A DNA stretch of 64,000 nt from Tubiluchus corallicola. Lineage: Eukaryota; Animalia; Priapulida. Of this stretch, positions 51,621 through 64,000 are shown piece by piece (the first letter of the stretch is position 1; the number at the start of each line of letters is the position of its first letter). The stretch covers positions 1 through 64,000 of the forward strand of contig JAQGDQ010000208.1 of the NCBI GenBank assembly GCA_030141605.1, read 5' to 3'. Under the pieces are notes generated by a model. That model searched no databases. It worked only from the letters and a program-made list of their open reading frames with translations, and was not told the DNA's origin. The position numbers were made by a program, and so were the translations under genes.

Positions 51621-54344
51621 ATGAAGAATTTGTATCGACCTGCAACGATGACTGTGACGACAGTATTTACTATTTTGTTGTTGGTTACATACAAGTATCA
51701 AGCGGCAGCGATGACTCTAATTCTCAGCAACAGCAATTCGTTTCCTGTGCAGGATTCATTTTTGAAAACACTGAGTGGTTTCCTCACTAATGATGTTGAT
51801 GAGCCAGTTAACATTACGACGCTGAATCTTGGAGCAAAGTTTCAAAGTGGCTTGTGTAGCGAGCTAAGCACCAGTCCTTCGGCAGTGGTTGACATCAGTC
51901 GCAATGCTGATCTTTACAAATTGGCTTCGTCTACGGCAAAAGAATTTGAAGTACCTTTGATATCATACCAACCAGAGGAGGACTGCAATCAGGAACCCCA
52001 AGTTGCTAAAAACTTACAAGTTGAAAAAACACAAGTGGGCGACCCAGCAGAAGTGAGAATGCTGTCACCTCCCGACATTTCCATGAATGCTATCTTGGAT
52101 ATTATTGATAAGGAAGATCTCAACAATGTCGCAATGTTCTTTGACTCTGGAATAGTGAATCCGGACACCGTGTACAATGAACTGGTTTTACGACTTCAAA
52201 TTCCGTACATTTGTCAAGAAATTGTCAAGAGTCATGATACTACAAAGGAGCAGATGATTGTGATAAAAGAAAATGCGCTAGAAAATGTTTTTGTTGTCAG
52301 TAAAATTACAGAAGCAGATCGTTTAGTACAAGCAGGACAAGAGCTTAGAATGCTGCTTGCTAATGGTTTCAAGTGGTATGTGATTACTTTTGATCAAGCA
52401 AGTCTTACTCCATCTATAGGTCTTGATTACAATTACAATACCATGGTAGTGCACATGAAACCCTTTGCAAAACAGAAGTTGCTTCAGATGCCTGTTACTA
52501 AAGAACTGGAGGCTCAAAAAATTTCAATTGCTCCACAACACTTCTGGTATACAGACCTTCTAACACACACTGCAAGAGTTGTACGCCAGCTCCAGAGGGA
52601 GAATAAGTTGACACAGAATGGAAGTCATGAATGTAAGATCGAACAAGCTAATTTGGTCGGGTCAGAGAAGCTACAAACGACTGATCTTGTGAGAGCATTT
52701 GAAGATGTCAGTAGCAGAGACTTGCCATATGGAATATTCCTGTGTTCACCTAATGCTACTTGTTATCAAGAAACCACCTATGAGGTATATAGAGTGGCAC
52801 TGATGTTGGGTAAACAAAAAAGTAGATACAAACCATTGGGTACTTGGTCTATTTCTTCAGGTTTACTGAAAACCTCTAACAATTCGTTACTTACTGTAAG
52901 TGGAAGACGGTTTTACAAAATTACAACTAACATTGATACGCAGCCTTTCATGATGCTGAATCCAAAAGCAAACAGCACAGGCAATGACGTGTACATGGGA
53001 TTCTGTAAAGATATGATTGATTTATTGGCTACTGAATTGAATTTTGATTACTACCTGTATACACCAGACGACGGTGAAGTGGGACGTCAGTACGATAATG
53101 GAACATGGACAGGAATGGTGCGAGAACTTATACTTCAAAATGCAGACATGGCAGTATCACCATTCTCTGTTGTGGCTGAAAGAGAGGCTGTCATTGACTA
53201 CACGGCCCCTTTTTTTGAGCAGGTTGGCATTTTGATATCAATGAAAGCTCTTCACTATGATAATTCACTGCTGAAGTTTGCTAATGTACTAGAAGGAAAA
53301 GTGTGGATTTGCATAGTGGCAGCTCTGTTTGGGACGTCCATAATACTTTGTGTGTTTGACACCATAAGTCCATACAGTTACCAAAACAATAAAGAAAAAT
53401 ATGCTAACGACAATGAAAAGAGAGTTTTTACATTAAAAGAGAGCCTATGGTTTTGCATGACATCACTTACGCCACAAGGTGGCGGAGAAGTACCGAAAAA
53501 CCTTTCAGGTAAGTTTGTGGCGGGAACATGGTGGATATTTGGTTTTGTCATTCTGGCATCTTACACAGCAAACTTGGCAGCCTTTCTCACTGTTCAGCGT
53601 TTTGATGCATCCGTGAAGTCACTGGATGACCTCGCCAAGCAACATGATGTAAGCTACTCTGCTCTTGAAGGGTCAAGCTCTAAACTCTACTTTGAACGCA
53701 TGAAGGACATTGAGTACAAATTTTATGAGATCTGGAAGGACATGAGCTTAAATATTAGCGTAGATCCAGCACAGAAAGCAAAGTTTGCAGTCTGGGAGTA
53801 TCCACTGAGTGAGAAATACACACGCATATGGAACAACATGGTAAAGACCGGATTCCAAAATACTGTTGAAGAAGGTTTTGCAAAGGTCCGAGCTAGTGAA
53901 CCAGGGAAGTTTGCCTTCATGGAGGATGCAACTATTGTCAACTACATGGCTGACACAGACTGCGATTTAGTTGCTGTGGGAGAGCAGTTTAGCAAGAAAC
54001 CGTATGCCATTGGTGTACCCAAGGGTTCTCCTTTGAAAGAAGAGTTATCAAATGCCATTCTCAAACTACAGAGTGAGCGAAAGCTTGAGGATCTGAAAAG
54101 AAAATGGTGGAAGGAAAAGGCCACTTATTGTCCTTCGAAGGACAACCAGAACAACGGAGTTACTTTTTGGAGCATCAGAGGAGTTTTTCTCATTGTTCCT
54201 ATTGGAATTGTTCTTTCTCTAATAGCATTGTTGATTGAGCACTGTTACTATCGAGAGAGACCAAAATCCAAGTCTACTGTTGTTCAGCCTATAAGCATCA
54301 ATGTGAAGGAACCAGCTCAGGATGTTAAAGAGATTCGCTACTAA
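51621..54344 (+). CDS. Ir25a: Ionotropic receptor co-receptor IR25a-type (variant iGluR with ATD), intronless CDS, 907 aa
   Basis: Single ORF with signal peptide, ATD, S1 (YMGFCKDMIDLLA, WTGMVRELI, AEREAVIDYTAPF), M1, SPYSYQNNKEKY..EKRVFTLKESLWFCMTSLTPQGGGEVPKNLSG, SYTANLAAFLTV, the IR25a/IR8a-type S2 insert FYEIWKDMSLN..KFAVWEYPLSEKYTRIW, and M4. The true start may be Met10 (51648). Confidence 0.9.
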   Translation: MKNLYRPATMTVTTVFTILLLVTYKYQAAAMTLILSNSNSFPVQDSFLKTLSGFLTNDVDEPVNITTLNLGAKFQSGLCSELSTSPSAVVDISRNADLYKLASSTAKEFEVPLISYQPEEDCNQEPQVAKNLQVEKTQVGDPAEVRMLSPPDISMNAILDIIDKEDLNNVAMFFDSGIVNPDTVYNELVLRLQIPYICQEIVKSHDTTKEQMIVIKENALENVFVVSKITEADRLVQAGQELRMLLANGFKWYVITFDQASLTPSIGLDYNYNTMVVHMKPFAKQKLLQMPVTKELEAQKISIAPQHFWYTDLLTHTARVVRQLQRENKLTQNGSHECKIEQANLVGSEKLQTTDLVRAFEDVSSRDLPYGIFLCSPNATCYQETTYEVYRVALMLGKQKSRYKPLGTWSISSGLLKTSNNSLLTVSGRRFYKITTNIDTQPFMMLNPKANSTGNDVYMGFCKDMIDLLATELNFDYYLYTPDDGEVGRQYDNGTWTGMVRELILQNADMAVSPFSVVAEREAVIDYTAPFFEQVGILISMKALHYDNSLLKFANVLEGKVWICIVAALFGTSIILCVFDTISPYSYQNNKEKYANDNEKRVFTLKESLWFCMTSLTPQGGGEVPKNLSGKFVAGTWWIFGFVILASYTANLAAFLTVQRFDASVKSLDDLAKQHDVSYSALEGSSSKLYFERMKDIEYKFYEIWKDMSLNISVDPAQKAKFAVWEYPLSEKYTRIWNNMVKTGFQNTVEEGFAKVRASEPGKFAFMEDATIVNYMADTDCDLVAVGEQFSKKPYAIGVPKGSPLKEELSNAILKLQSERKLEDLKRKWWKEKATYCPSKDNQNNGVTFWSIRGVFLIVPIGIVLSLIALLIEHCYYRERPKSKSTVVQPISINVKEPAQDVKEIRY

Positions 54345-54352
54345 ATTTTCAA

Positions 54353-55335
54353 CAGATAAAAATGGCACAGGAAGAAATGGGACAAATGGAAAAGTAGGTA
54401 AAATCGCACAGGTAAAAATGGCACGGGAAAAAATGGCATGGTAAAATGGCACAGGAAAAAATGGCACAAATGCAAGAGTATGTGAAAATGGCACACCTAG
54501 TAAAATACGTGTTTAGGGTGAGGGTCATAATGGGGGATAATTATTTTAGTAATTTTTACCTCTGCCAAGGAAGTTATGCTTCAACACAGTCTGTTTATTT
54601 GTTTGGTTGCTTTTTGTCTGTTAAATCAGTAAGCCTATATGCAAAAACTATCTAACAGATTTCCACGAAACTTTGTGAAGAAAGGCGGGTATAGGATGCC
54701 AAAATGGAGTTCTTGCAAAACTTGACCGAAAAAACATTCGTGAAGCACTTCGAGGAGGTTTCAGAGCGAGTGTTTAGTCCTTCATTTTTGTTATCTGCGC
54801 CTGGACAAGCATCAACGATATGTTTCCGTTCCATCTCGAAAACTTCTCGCTCGTAAAATTGTGTAACGCTGTCTGTAAGTTTTGCTTATTAAAATTTATA
54901 GCCTTATAAGATGTCTTGGTGCGTATACATTTGTTAGCTTACTACCGTCACCAAAATTAATGATTGAAAAGGTAGATAAACACAATGTGGAACATTCGTG
55001 CATTTTTGGTTATAAATTTATTTAATGAACAAATATTTTGTGAGTCTTTTGTTAGTCTATATAATACTTATAGCGGTATATGTTTGTATGTTTGCTTGTT
55101 CATCTTTAGTTTTATGTTTTTTCTATCAAAAGAATCAGACAAACGCACCTAGAATTTTCGACCTTGGCGAAAATTCGCTTTCTACTCATCTCACTCTAAT
55201 TTTATTACAAAAATTATTTGCATCAACTAACATATGTGTGAGTTTTTCCCATTTTTCGTTTTGTGCCATTTTTCTTGTGACATTTTCACCTGTGCCATTT
55301 TTCCTGTGCCATTTTACGTCTGCCATTTTTACCTA
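54353..55335. mobile_element. Non-autonomous DNA element with inverted subterminal arrays of AAAATGGCACAGG, inserted 9 bp after the IR25a stop codon
   Basis: Left array 54353-54500 (aaaatggcacagg repeats). Inverted right array 55245-55335 (cctgtgccatttt repeats). Confidence 0.8.
54553..55203 (+). mobile_element. Helentron-associated (DINE-1/HINE-like) element nested inside the MITE
   Basis: 5' TTTTACCTCTGCCAAGGAAGTTATG, then a (T)GTTT/GTCT microsatellite-like block and 'gatttccacgaaacttt'. 3' CCTTGGCG..ctactc..ctctaatttt. Subterminal inverted GCCAAGG/CCTTGGC. The layout is recalled from HINE/DINE-1 elements. Confidence 0.6.
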
Positions 55336-57439
55336 CATTCATGTTCTTAAATGTAAATAAGTAAATAAATGATGCAAGCAAACAGTACAGGACATAGCTG
55401 GCACGGAGGCTATAACACTTATTATTTATGATTATAATGGAAGCTGAACTCTGTTTGCATGAACAGTGCACTTAACAGTAGCAAGAGTGGTTAGGACGTG
55501 GTAGAGTAATGAGGTGTAATCATTTTTTTTCGATTTTGTTGTTTCAATGTACATATATGACCGTTTTTTGTCTGTTGTGCCAGATCGTTCAGATACTTCT
55601 AAAACCTGCCTTGATTAAAATTACACTCACAGTCAAAGTTTAATGCAGTCTTTTAGCATTAATTATGTCACTTGTCTATTGTTTAAAACGACTATCATCA
55701 AATGTATATTTTGAAATAAACTTCTACACTCATTTAATGTCTGTGTGATTTTTTTATAAAGGTCGACAGTCTAAAAGCTGATATTCAACTGTCGCCAGAA
55801 CCTAACTAATTGTGAAGGGTGATCGTCTGAAGTAAGAGGCTAAACAAGCGCATATGTGTGGCCACTTTTAGAGGGTGTACGTCATCCATTAAAACAATTG
55901 GGGGCTGTATAGCAGCTGAAACCACCCCATACAGTTTTTGCCCTGCCGTCCCGTTTATGTTAGGTAGTAAAAATGAAGTACTTGATTTTGATTTGAGCTT
56001 AGCGGTCAGACTTGGCTGGGCATTGTTTACCATTCGTTATTAAACCCACACAGTGAACATTCGGCTATTGTGTGGCAGACCTCACAGTTGGTTTCTGGTA
56101 CGCACAAAAGTTGAGCCTTTTCAGAACAAAGATCTTGGGAAATGAGAATACTACTAAGAAGATGGATGAACAAAACGCAAGTGTAAAAGCAGTATCACTT
56201 ACCAAATTTTTGTTGCACTGAATCTCGAGTTTGATTCAGGCAAGCTGGTACACAATTCCGTATTTTTCCTTTCATTGTTAATACTGCCACGTCACATCTT
56301 TAGACTGGCATTTTCACAATTGCCGTTCGCCTTCTGGCAACCGTAAGGTCGTGAGCATACAAGCTCGCTCGGTGAGAACGTTTATACTTAACTGTATTAA
56401 CTTTTTTTTAATTTGCTGATAAACATACCTTCAGTAATGGTTTATTTTGTAAGTTGCATCTTCCCTAACACTTTCATGCCACGCTTTATAAAGGACCATA
56501 TTCAATTGTTTATTATACAACTCGTTGAAGCAATGACCGACTTTACCTAAACGCTTAGCCTAATGTAGAACAACTTAATTTTTGTTTCCGACTTTTCACC
56601 GGAATTAATTGTTTGTGTAGGTAAATAACATAGATTTTTTGACTGTTTGAGCCAAAATGTAAACATAAAATTGTTATAATCGTTTTAAAAACAAGGGGAT
56701 AGTAATTGTAATAATATCAGTATTAATAGTAGTAATTACTATATTAATAGCCCTTATTAATAGTACTAATTAATAGTATTACTATCACTATATTACTATA
56801 CAGGGAGTAAACCGTTTTTCAAACGGCTGAAAATAATGCTGCAAATGTAAAAAATTTAAAGAATAAGAGGAAAACTTCCGCAGTTGAGCTGTGATTAAAT
56901 GCAATCTGCCGTCAGTGCATATTATTCACAAATGAACAACACAGAGAAAATGCTTGTGAGTACATTAGCGCTTGCCTGTTCTATTCTATTACATTTCTCT
57001 CATGTCGTCACTGATCTCAGTATTGCAAACACTTAAAATAATTCAAATGCCACAACCACAAAGTTGTTAATTGCGTCCGACGTTGCCTTGCCAAACTGCC
57101 CGAGATTACCTGCCAGTACCCAGCACCACTTTTCTGCAATTCCTGATTCCTTAATAATATAGCTTATCAGCTATCAGGAATTATTCCAACAAAATTGTAA
57201 AAATACAGATAGAAATCTTAAAAAGCCATTTTTGTCCGACATTAGCCTATTTTACCCTATACCAAAAAACTTCTGACAATTGTTATATTAGTTTGCATTA
57301 CACTTACCTGCTTGAATAACTTGAATGCTTGAATTATATTTTATAGGTACATCCGTTTTTCAAGCAGGTTAGCGTAACGCAAACTAATATAACTTTGTGC
57401 GAAAAGTTTTTTTTTATAAAAAAAACATATCTTGTTCTT

Positions 57440-58180
57440 TCTGGATTAAAACGTTTGTTGCTTATTTTTTGTGTTACACAGTTGCGAGTCCCGGGAGAAA
57501 ACGTCTAGAAATAAATTAAAAACGCTTTATACGGGCTGCGTTAAGGCGTTATCTTGGTGTGAAATGCAGTACTCGGAGCGAGTTATGCTCGTTGGAAATT
57601 GACCTACCTTCTAAAATCTAAATGCACGACAGCAATAAACATTTTTAGCAAGGTATTCTGTTTAGAAGTTAAGTTTTCGCCTCTTACGATAAGCCAGAAA
57701 TCTTGGATGTCGGTTTGCTAATATTGAAGTGGCGTCTCTGCGTCAAAACCCAGTGCTATCTGGCATGTCACAAAGAAGAAATAACCAAAGCAATGATGCT
57801 AACAGCAGTAAAGTTGCAGGTTACAAGTGTACGAATCCTGGAATTGATTCCTAGTGCAGTGTATTATAGAAGATACAGAAAGGAGTGAAATACTGAATTC
57901 AGTGGTCTAGAATGAGTGATTGTGACTTTCTGCTCACAATTAGGAATTAGCCTATAGGTATTCAGCAATAGCGCCCAGAGAAAACAGCTAGAATATGTCA
58001 ATGTGGTACAAACCCGCCCGCTGTACAAACTGAATTGTGCGAAGGTTCTGTATCACATATTCCTGGCAGATACTGACCTTTTCAGAACTATATACTATTT
58101 TCAGTCATTTACATTTACGTGAAAGTATTGAAGCTGTGTACATAATTATGCACATTTATGACGCTGATGTGTTATAAAGT
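57440..58180 (+). mobile_element. Possible highly decayed LINE 3' fragment
   Basis: Translation fragment RAALRRYLGVKCSTRSELCSLEIDLP resembles the LR..LGV..ST..E region of LINE ORF2 C-termini. Heavily disrupted. Confidence 0.35.
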
Positions 58181-58209
58181 GACATAATATTATGGACATT
58201 TCGTTACGT

Positions 58210-58497
58210 CAGTGGTTCCCAAAGTAGGGGTAAATCACCCCCCGGGGGTAATATGTTTTTTTTGGGGAGGGGGGGGGGGGTAACGGGCACCCCTCTGAAA
58301 ATTTTTAAAACTTCGCTCGGAATGCATTTTACGTAGTTTTCTTCTTGAAGAGACTGCCTCCGGCAGGCAACACTGTGTCATGGGGTCCATCATTCGTACA
58401 ACTTTTTGAGTTGGAGAAGTAGCACTAGGTGGGGGGTAATGGACACGACCGAGTTTCCCGATTTGGGTAACGGTCCGAGAAAGTTTGGGAACCACTG
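58210..58497. mobile_element. hAT (Charlie-like) MITE, 288 bp
   Basis: TIRs CAGTGGTTCCCAAA / TTTGGGAACCACTG. 8-bp TSD CGTTACGT (58202-58209) / CGTTAAGT (58498-58505), 1 mismatch. Confidence 0.9.
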
Positions 58498-59707
58498 CGT
58501 TAAGTATATATGGACCTAATATTACGATATACTTGTAAATTTAAATATTTAGTTAGATTTGCTTGTGAACCTCGAGGTAATCGATGTTTACTAAATTTAT
58601 ATAATTATATATATATTCCACGAATACATGGACCAGCTCTAATCTCATAATCTGAATTAATTCAAGCATTTATAATAATCTAGAAGAATCATATTTAATT
58701 TGCATAAAAATGGACTACTTACATGTAGTTATATTTACAAAAACGATAATATGTATTTATTGTAACTATGTGCACTATACAGCTTGCATAACAGGTCTAT
58801 TAAAGTTAGACATTTTTATGACTACGTCAGTTTTTGACAGGATTATATGACCTCTAAGCAACAATAAATAAAAGGAGCTTATTTACATAAAAAGAAATGA
58901 TAAACTTGTCAAACAATTATGAAAATAAAACAGATAAAAATAATAATGTAAAAATTATACGCAATTACGCAATAACCTATTAGTAAGATTATTGGCCATT
59001 TGTTAACCAAACACATAGTTTAATATTAAATTGATAAATTTAATAATTATTAATTGCCTCAACATGAAATGTGAAATGATCGGAATTGAGCTAAACTTAA
59101 AGCAGGGTCAAGTTCAGCTATTAGACAATTAGATCACACAGTGACAGTTCTGATTCAACCCAATAGCTCACCAGGGTTATCCCATATAGCTAATTGTAAA
59201 GACTACTTATCAAGTCAATATACGTAAAGTCTACTTATCAGGTCAATATACAACAATAACAATAATATATAAGCACAATGATATATAATTAGTGATTACA
59301 TATCACAAAACAGTAAAACAAACATATCCGTCTAATAAGCAAAATTTACGCTTCTTTATCACGTAGAAGCATGCAAAATTAAATGCCCCTGCGCTTAAAA
59401 CAAGTGTTTTCCGCAAAGTGATTCGTGAGTACGGGGGAGTATAAGTGGGACGGATTGCCCAACGCTTATGAGCATGCGTCACGATCACAAACAAAATACT
59501 GCATCATATATTTGTAAAACAGCAAAGCAATTTACATTATTAGAGTCGTATAATTTGTATAATTTGTACCTTACAAATTAATTTTGGAAGGTACCAGTTT
59601 AACCGACGACGTATTGGTGAATAACGTTGCTATATGATGGGACTGGGGTAGCAATGAATATGTTTTCAGTAGTAAAAATAATGTTTAACTAAAAATCGTG
59701 ATATATG

Positions 59708-60633
59708 TTAACTTGCCAGTGGGTCTTTATTTTGTTCCAGTTGTTCTAATGGAACTGTGTTTTTCTCACAATCTTTGGGATTGGTATTTTTATACAAAGG
59801 TCTACAACAGATACAGTATTTAAACAAGAGATCGGCAGCTTTTAAGGAACGCATCCACCACGGTATGAAATTCCACGACCTCAGAACTTCTGGTAGCCAT
59901 TTTGGCTTCTTCTTTTGCAGAACATTGATGACAGTCAATAATAAAACAAAAAAGGCAACTGGTACACCTACTCCAATCAGAACCCAGGTTCCAGCCAGCG
60001 AAAGGCCAAAAACAGTAGCGGGCAAACCAAAGAAGACTACCACAATATATACTATGGCAAACCACCTGTACTTGGCTGTCTTGTTCCCAAGTCCCTGAGC
60101 CAAACGCATGGGGACATCTCGCATGAACGGAATCGGATACCACAAAAGAAGTCCACTGATGTTAAAGAACAAATGACAAAGCGCCACTTGAAGAGCTGCA
60201 CTTAAAGTCTCTTGGCTTGCAGCTAAACTTGCTAACATAGCTGTTGCTGTTGTTCCGATGTTAGACCCTAAGCAAAGAGGATACATGCGCTCCAGAGACA
60301 ACACACCTACGCCCACCAAAGGAGTTAGAGTCGACGTAAAGATGGAGCTGCTTTGGACGAGAAACGTCACACCAGCGCCTACCAAGATGGCAACGTAGCC
60401 TGTAAGGTGTCGTAGAGGTCCCGGAAAGTCAGCGTTGACGAATCTCTTGACGGCAGAAGCCATGCTGCTCTTGAAGATGGAATTAAGTATCTTGACGACA
60501 ACAATGAGGCAAAAGACTAAGGAAAGAATGGAAACTACAAGGAGAACAACACCAACAATCTCGTCAGACCAGTCTACTAAAGAGAAAAGTGTTTTACCTG
60601 AAAAACAAAAGAACTAAATTTTAATAAAATGAA

Positions 60634-60670
<37 letters not shown>

Positions 60671-63600
60671 ACAAATATACAGTATATATATATATATATA
60701 TATATACTGTATATTTGTCTTTATATATACTGTACTGTATATGCTGTATAAATATAATTTATATATACTGTACTGTTTATGCTGTATAAATATCATTTAT
60801 ATATACTGTACTGTTTATGCTGTATAAATATATACGGTATATAAAGCTGTATATTGTTTGGAAGAATATTTGTTTATGAGTAATAAGCCAATTCCAAGCG
60901 ATCGCATAACCGTGTACAAAAGATTCAGAATTAGTGCGCATAAATTAGATGTTGAAAGGGGCAGGTATAATAAACCAAAAAATAATTGCTCATCACAAAC
61001 TACGTAACATATACAGGATGAATGAATTAGATGATGAAATAGTATATGTCCTGCTTATGAGGGATGAGCATTATTTGAAAATATTGTAAAATTATTTTCT
61101 TCTTTTGCAAATAATTATGCCTTTAAGTGAACAGTTTGTCTTTATTAATGGCCTAAACGAAGTGAGAGCCTTAGTGAAAAAATTATATATGAAATCAGTA
61201 AAAAAAGAGAAGAAACAAGATAGCAAATAACTTTAACTTACACAGTTATACTACGTTTATCAAATATGCACTTTTTTGTACTATGATGTTTTGTACTGTA
61301 AACAATTTTGCCGTAGGTTCGACAATTATGTGGTTGGCGCCAATCTCTTACAATAGATGTAATTTACCTCGGTTACATCGCTGCTTATAGCCTATAAAAA
61401 TTATATATGTTACTGTTGTTTTTTGTCACTGTTATTTGTGTTTCTACCATGTCTTACTTCGTTTCATCCTATGTATAGGATTAACGTTTTTTCGATTGCA
61501 TTCTATGTATCCGTACTTATACGTTATACCGCGCCGCCCTAAAGTCCTCATGGGGTGTCGTTTGTTAAAAAATCGGTATTGTATTAGCTGACCCGCCGAG
61601 CAGTCATAGAAAGCGAACCCAACTTTTACCCGTTTTATTGTTTACAAATTATTTCTTCTCATTGACCAACAAAATATAACGACCGAAGTCTGAAGTTCTT
61701 TTGAATACTTACATCGCTCGACTGCTAAGGTGGGCTCACAACCAAAAGTCTTTTGAAAATGTTCAATATGTGATTCGGGCGAACTCTTCACTTCACACCA
61801 TTTCTTGTTGACGGTCGTGCTGGAATTTACTGTGTAAATACCTTTACTGACCAATTTAAATGTACAGTCATCAATCTGAAAATGTGAAAAAACGAAATCG
61901 ATCACACCTATCCTTGTTTTCCACCTTCGCGTTATCTGTTGGAGGTTTTAGCCTGAGCGTTATGACAAAGTAAAACATCTTTTTCTGTGATATCCCAGTT
62001 ATTGCAAAAGTTCTGATATTTCTAAACAATGAAAAGTAGCTTTAAATTTTTTAAAAATGATGGAATTTTATTACCTGCACAATCAAAGATGTAAATGGCC
62101 TTGTAAGTTTGGTGAGGTATTCTTTCTCTTCTGGCTCATTGTTACCTGTGTGATTGTTTTCAGGCTTGTCCATTTGAGAAAGCACAGCACTGGATAATTT
62201 ATACAGGTAGCCTAAGAAAATTGAAATATTATATTTCATCTTCCCTAAGAATATAAAAACAAGGCATTATCATTAAATGTTTTAATTTATTAAAATCGAT
62301 TTTGACTATCACTTTCTGAACAACCCAGAAATCAATTAATTAGGTAATCAACAGAATTTCGAATATTCGTTGTGCAAGCTGCTTATTTGTGCTTATAATA
62401 GTACAAATTACTGACTTAGTGCTTGTTCAACCTGATTATGCCATTTCTTCTTTCATATCAGTAACGTGCAGCAAGAAAACTGCCACAAAAATTGACAAAT
62501 CACTTGTATGACGCGCAAACTTTGTGGCCCGAGCCAAGCTTGACCCGCATCAATCTATCAATGGCCCCCGAGTATTATAGTACCTATTCGCATCTGGTAG
62601 CAGCAGTCGTACTGACCTAGTCGTCATTCTGCCACCTGTATCTTTTTTACTATATTTACTTGTAAGAATAAGAATCAACAGAAGCATTTATTAGTAATAC
62701 AACTGCTTTATGTATTGTTATGTTATGTATTATGCAACTTATACAGATTTACAAGGCATTATTAAAATAAAAAAATCCATTTTAAGAGAAAAACAGCAAA
62801 AAATACTTTTTGAAAGTAGACTGAACTTTATTTTACAAAATTTGCCGCTTACACTCGCGGTTACTTAGGTATCATAATGGAGTGTCATACACTCAACTTT
62901 GACCCAAGTGACCCATTACAAAATGGCCACCCAAATATCCATGATCTATAACACAATAAGAAAGAAACGAAGCCACTACTCACGGGTAGCATATTCTAAT
63001 GGAAGCAGAACAAAAATGGTGAGCCAATTGAACATGTCATGCACGGTTGCACCAGCAAAAGCTAGTCGAAATTCATCTTTGGCTCCAACTTGGCCAAGAG
63101 CAACTATGGTATTCGTTACTGAGGTTCCAATATTGGCACCCATAATGAAATATATGGCAGGTTGAACAGTTATCACTAGAAGTAAAAATCAGAGTTACTG
63201 CTAAACTGAATGCAGTGAATGGCTCATTATCGGTAGCATGAAAACAATAAAATTAATGTAAAATTTAGCTATAAAAACAAACTTTGTACTTCGTGATTAA
63301 GAAAATAGGTTAATATATATAGCGAAAATATAGCAGTACAATCGAAATCGTAGTTGATGCTGATATAATTTGTGTGCAAACTGTCATACTTGTGGCAAGA
63401 TACTTAAACTTATGGATTTTTCTGTCAAGAGACCACCAAGGGATCAATGGATGTGGCACATTGGTAAAACCACAAGTAGACTATTATTCCATAGCTGTAA
63501 TTGCTACTGTAAATTCTAAATTTAAAATAATAATTATTTTGCTTATGCTCACTTACGGTTAGAAGATACCATTGTAACTATAATGGATGATGAAGTAGAC

Positions 63601-63700
63601 GAGCTTTGTACAAGCACTGTGGTAAGAACACCCATCATCATTGCAGCTATTGGATTTTGAAAAATTTCGCTATTTGTGAAAACATGACCAGCCGCCTTTG
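59708..63700 (-). CDS. SLC34A: SLC34 (NaPi-II) sodium-dependent phosphate cotransporter, 5'-partial (upstream exons lie beyond the window)
   Basis: Exons 63700-63557, 63175-62984, 62211-62075, 61875-61713 and 60597-59708, phases consistent. Two QSSS motifs ([30 protein letters not shown]), [54 protein letters not shown]. Confidence 0.95.
60637..60850. repeat. (TA)n runs plus ~35-bp tandem units (atatatactgtactgtttatgctgtataaatat) in an SLC34 intron
   Basis: Directly visible. Confidence 0.9.
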
Positions 63701-64000
63701 CTGAAAAACAAACCAATCTGTTTTCAATTTGATACAAAAGTTTTGGTACAGTAGTCTGGTACAGAAAACTTTAATGATTAAAAACCCTAAAAACGGAAAG
63801 ACTGCTAATAAAGATAAGTTGCAAAAAAGGGAACGGCGATATTCAAGACGAAAATAAATAAAGATAATAAAGTAAACCGAAGTAATGAATCCATGGAAAA
63901 TGTAGTTTAAAAGTTTCCCAATAAGATAAAGGTAAGGAATACACGAATAACAGCAAAGAGAACAACAAAACAATGAGAAAGAAGATGACAATGCAGATGA

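Noticed and set aside
51989-54124. Short ORFs overlapping IR25a on other frames or strand
   Set aside because: They are shadows of the long ORF, with no independent motifs or splice support.
51621-54344. Calling the receptor an AMPA/kainate glutamate receptor
   Set aside because: The pore sequence CMTSLTPQGGGE.PKNLSG and the S2 insert FYEIWKDMSLN..VWEYP are IR25a-type, not the QQG/MQQG pore of AMPA/kainate subunits.
54219-55471. ORFs with repeated FPVPF / KMAQ motifs
   Set aside because: They are translations of the MITE subterminal repeat arrays.

Overview
This is AT-rich, intron-containing animal genomic DNA. It is most likely a protostome, probably a lophotrochozoan, inferred from an IR25a-type receptor occurring with SLC34 and an intron-containing FMN reductase. 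I assembled six protein-coding genes by hand from GT-AG splice sites with consistent phases: an NADPH-dependent FMN reductase (+, 3 exons), UNC-45 (-, 21 coding exons, 923 aa), NDUFS6 (+, 3 exons), a FAM210B-like protein with an unusually long N-terminus (-, 2 coding exons), an intronless IR25a-type ionotropic receptor (+, 907 aa), and the 3' part of an SLC34 Na+/phosphate cotransporter (-, runs off the window). Between and inside them are decayed LINEs, a fossil Academ-like transposon, four hAT-type MITEs with 8-bp TSDs, a Tc1/mariner MITE, a nested MITE/Helentron-like element and simple repeats. There are no prokaryotic systems, CRISPR arrays, rRNA or recognisable tRNA. The best leads are a duplicated heat-shock-element/TATA module inside the NDUFS6 intron that may drive UNC-45, the intronless IR25a with an RFX X-box upstream, the extended FAM210B, a possible cryptic tail-anchored microprotein, and a degenerate Penelope-type hammerhead. 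All of these are hypotheses, and no database searches were run.
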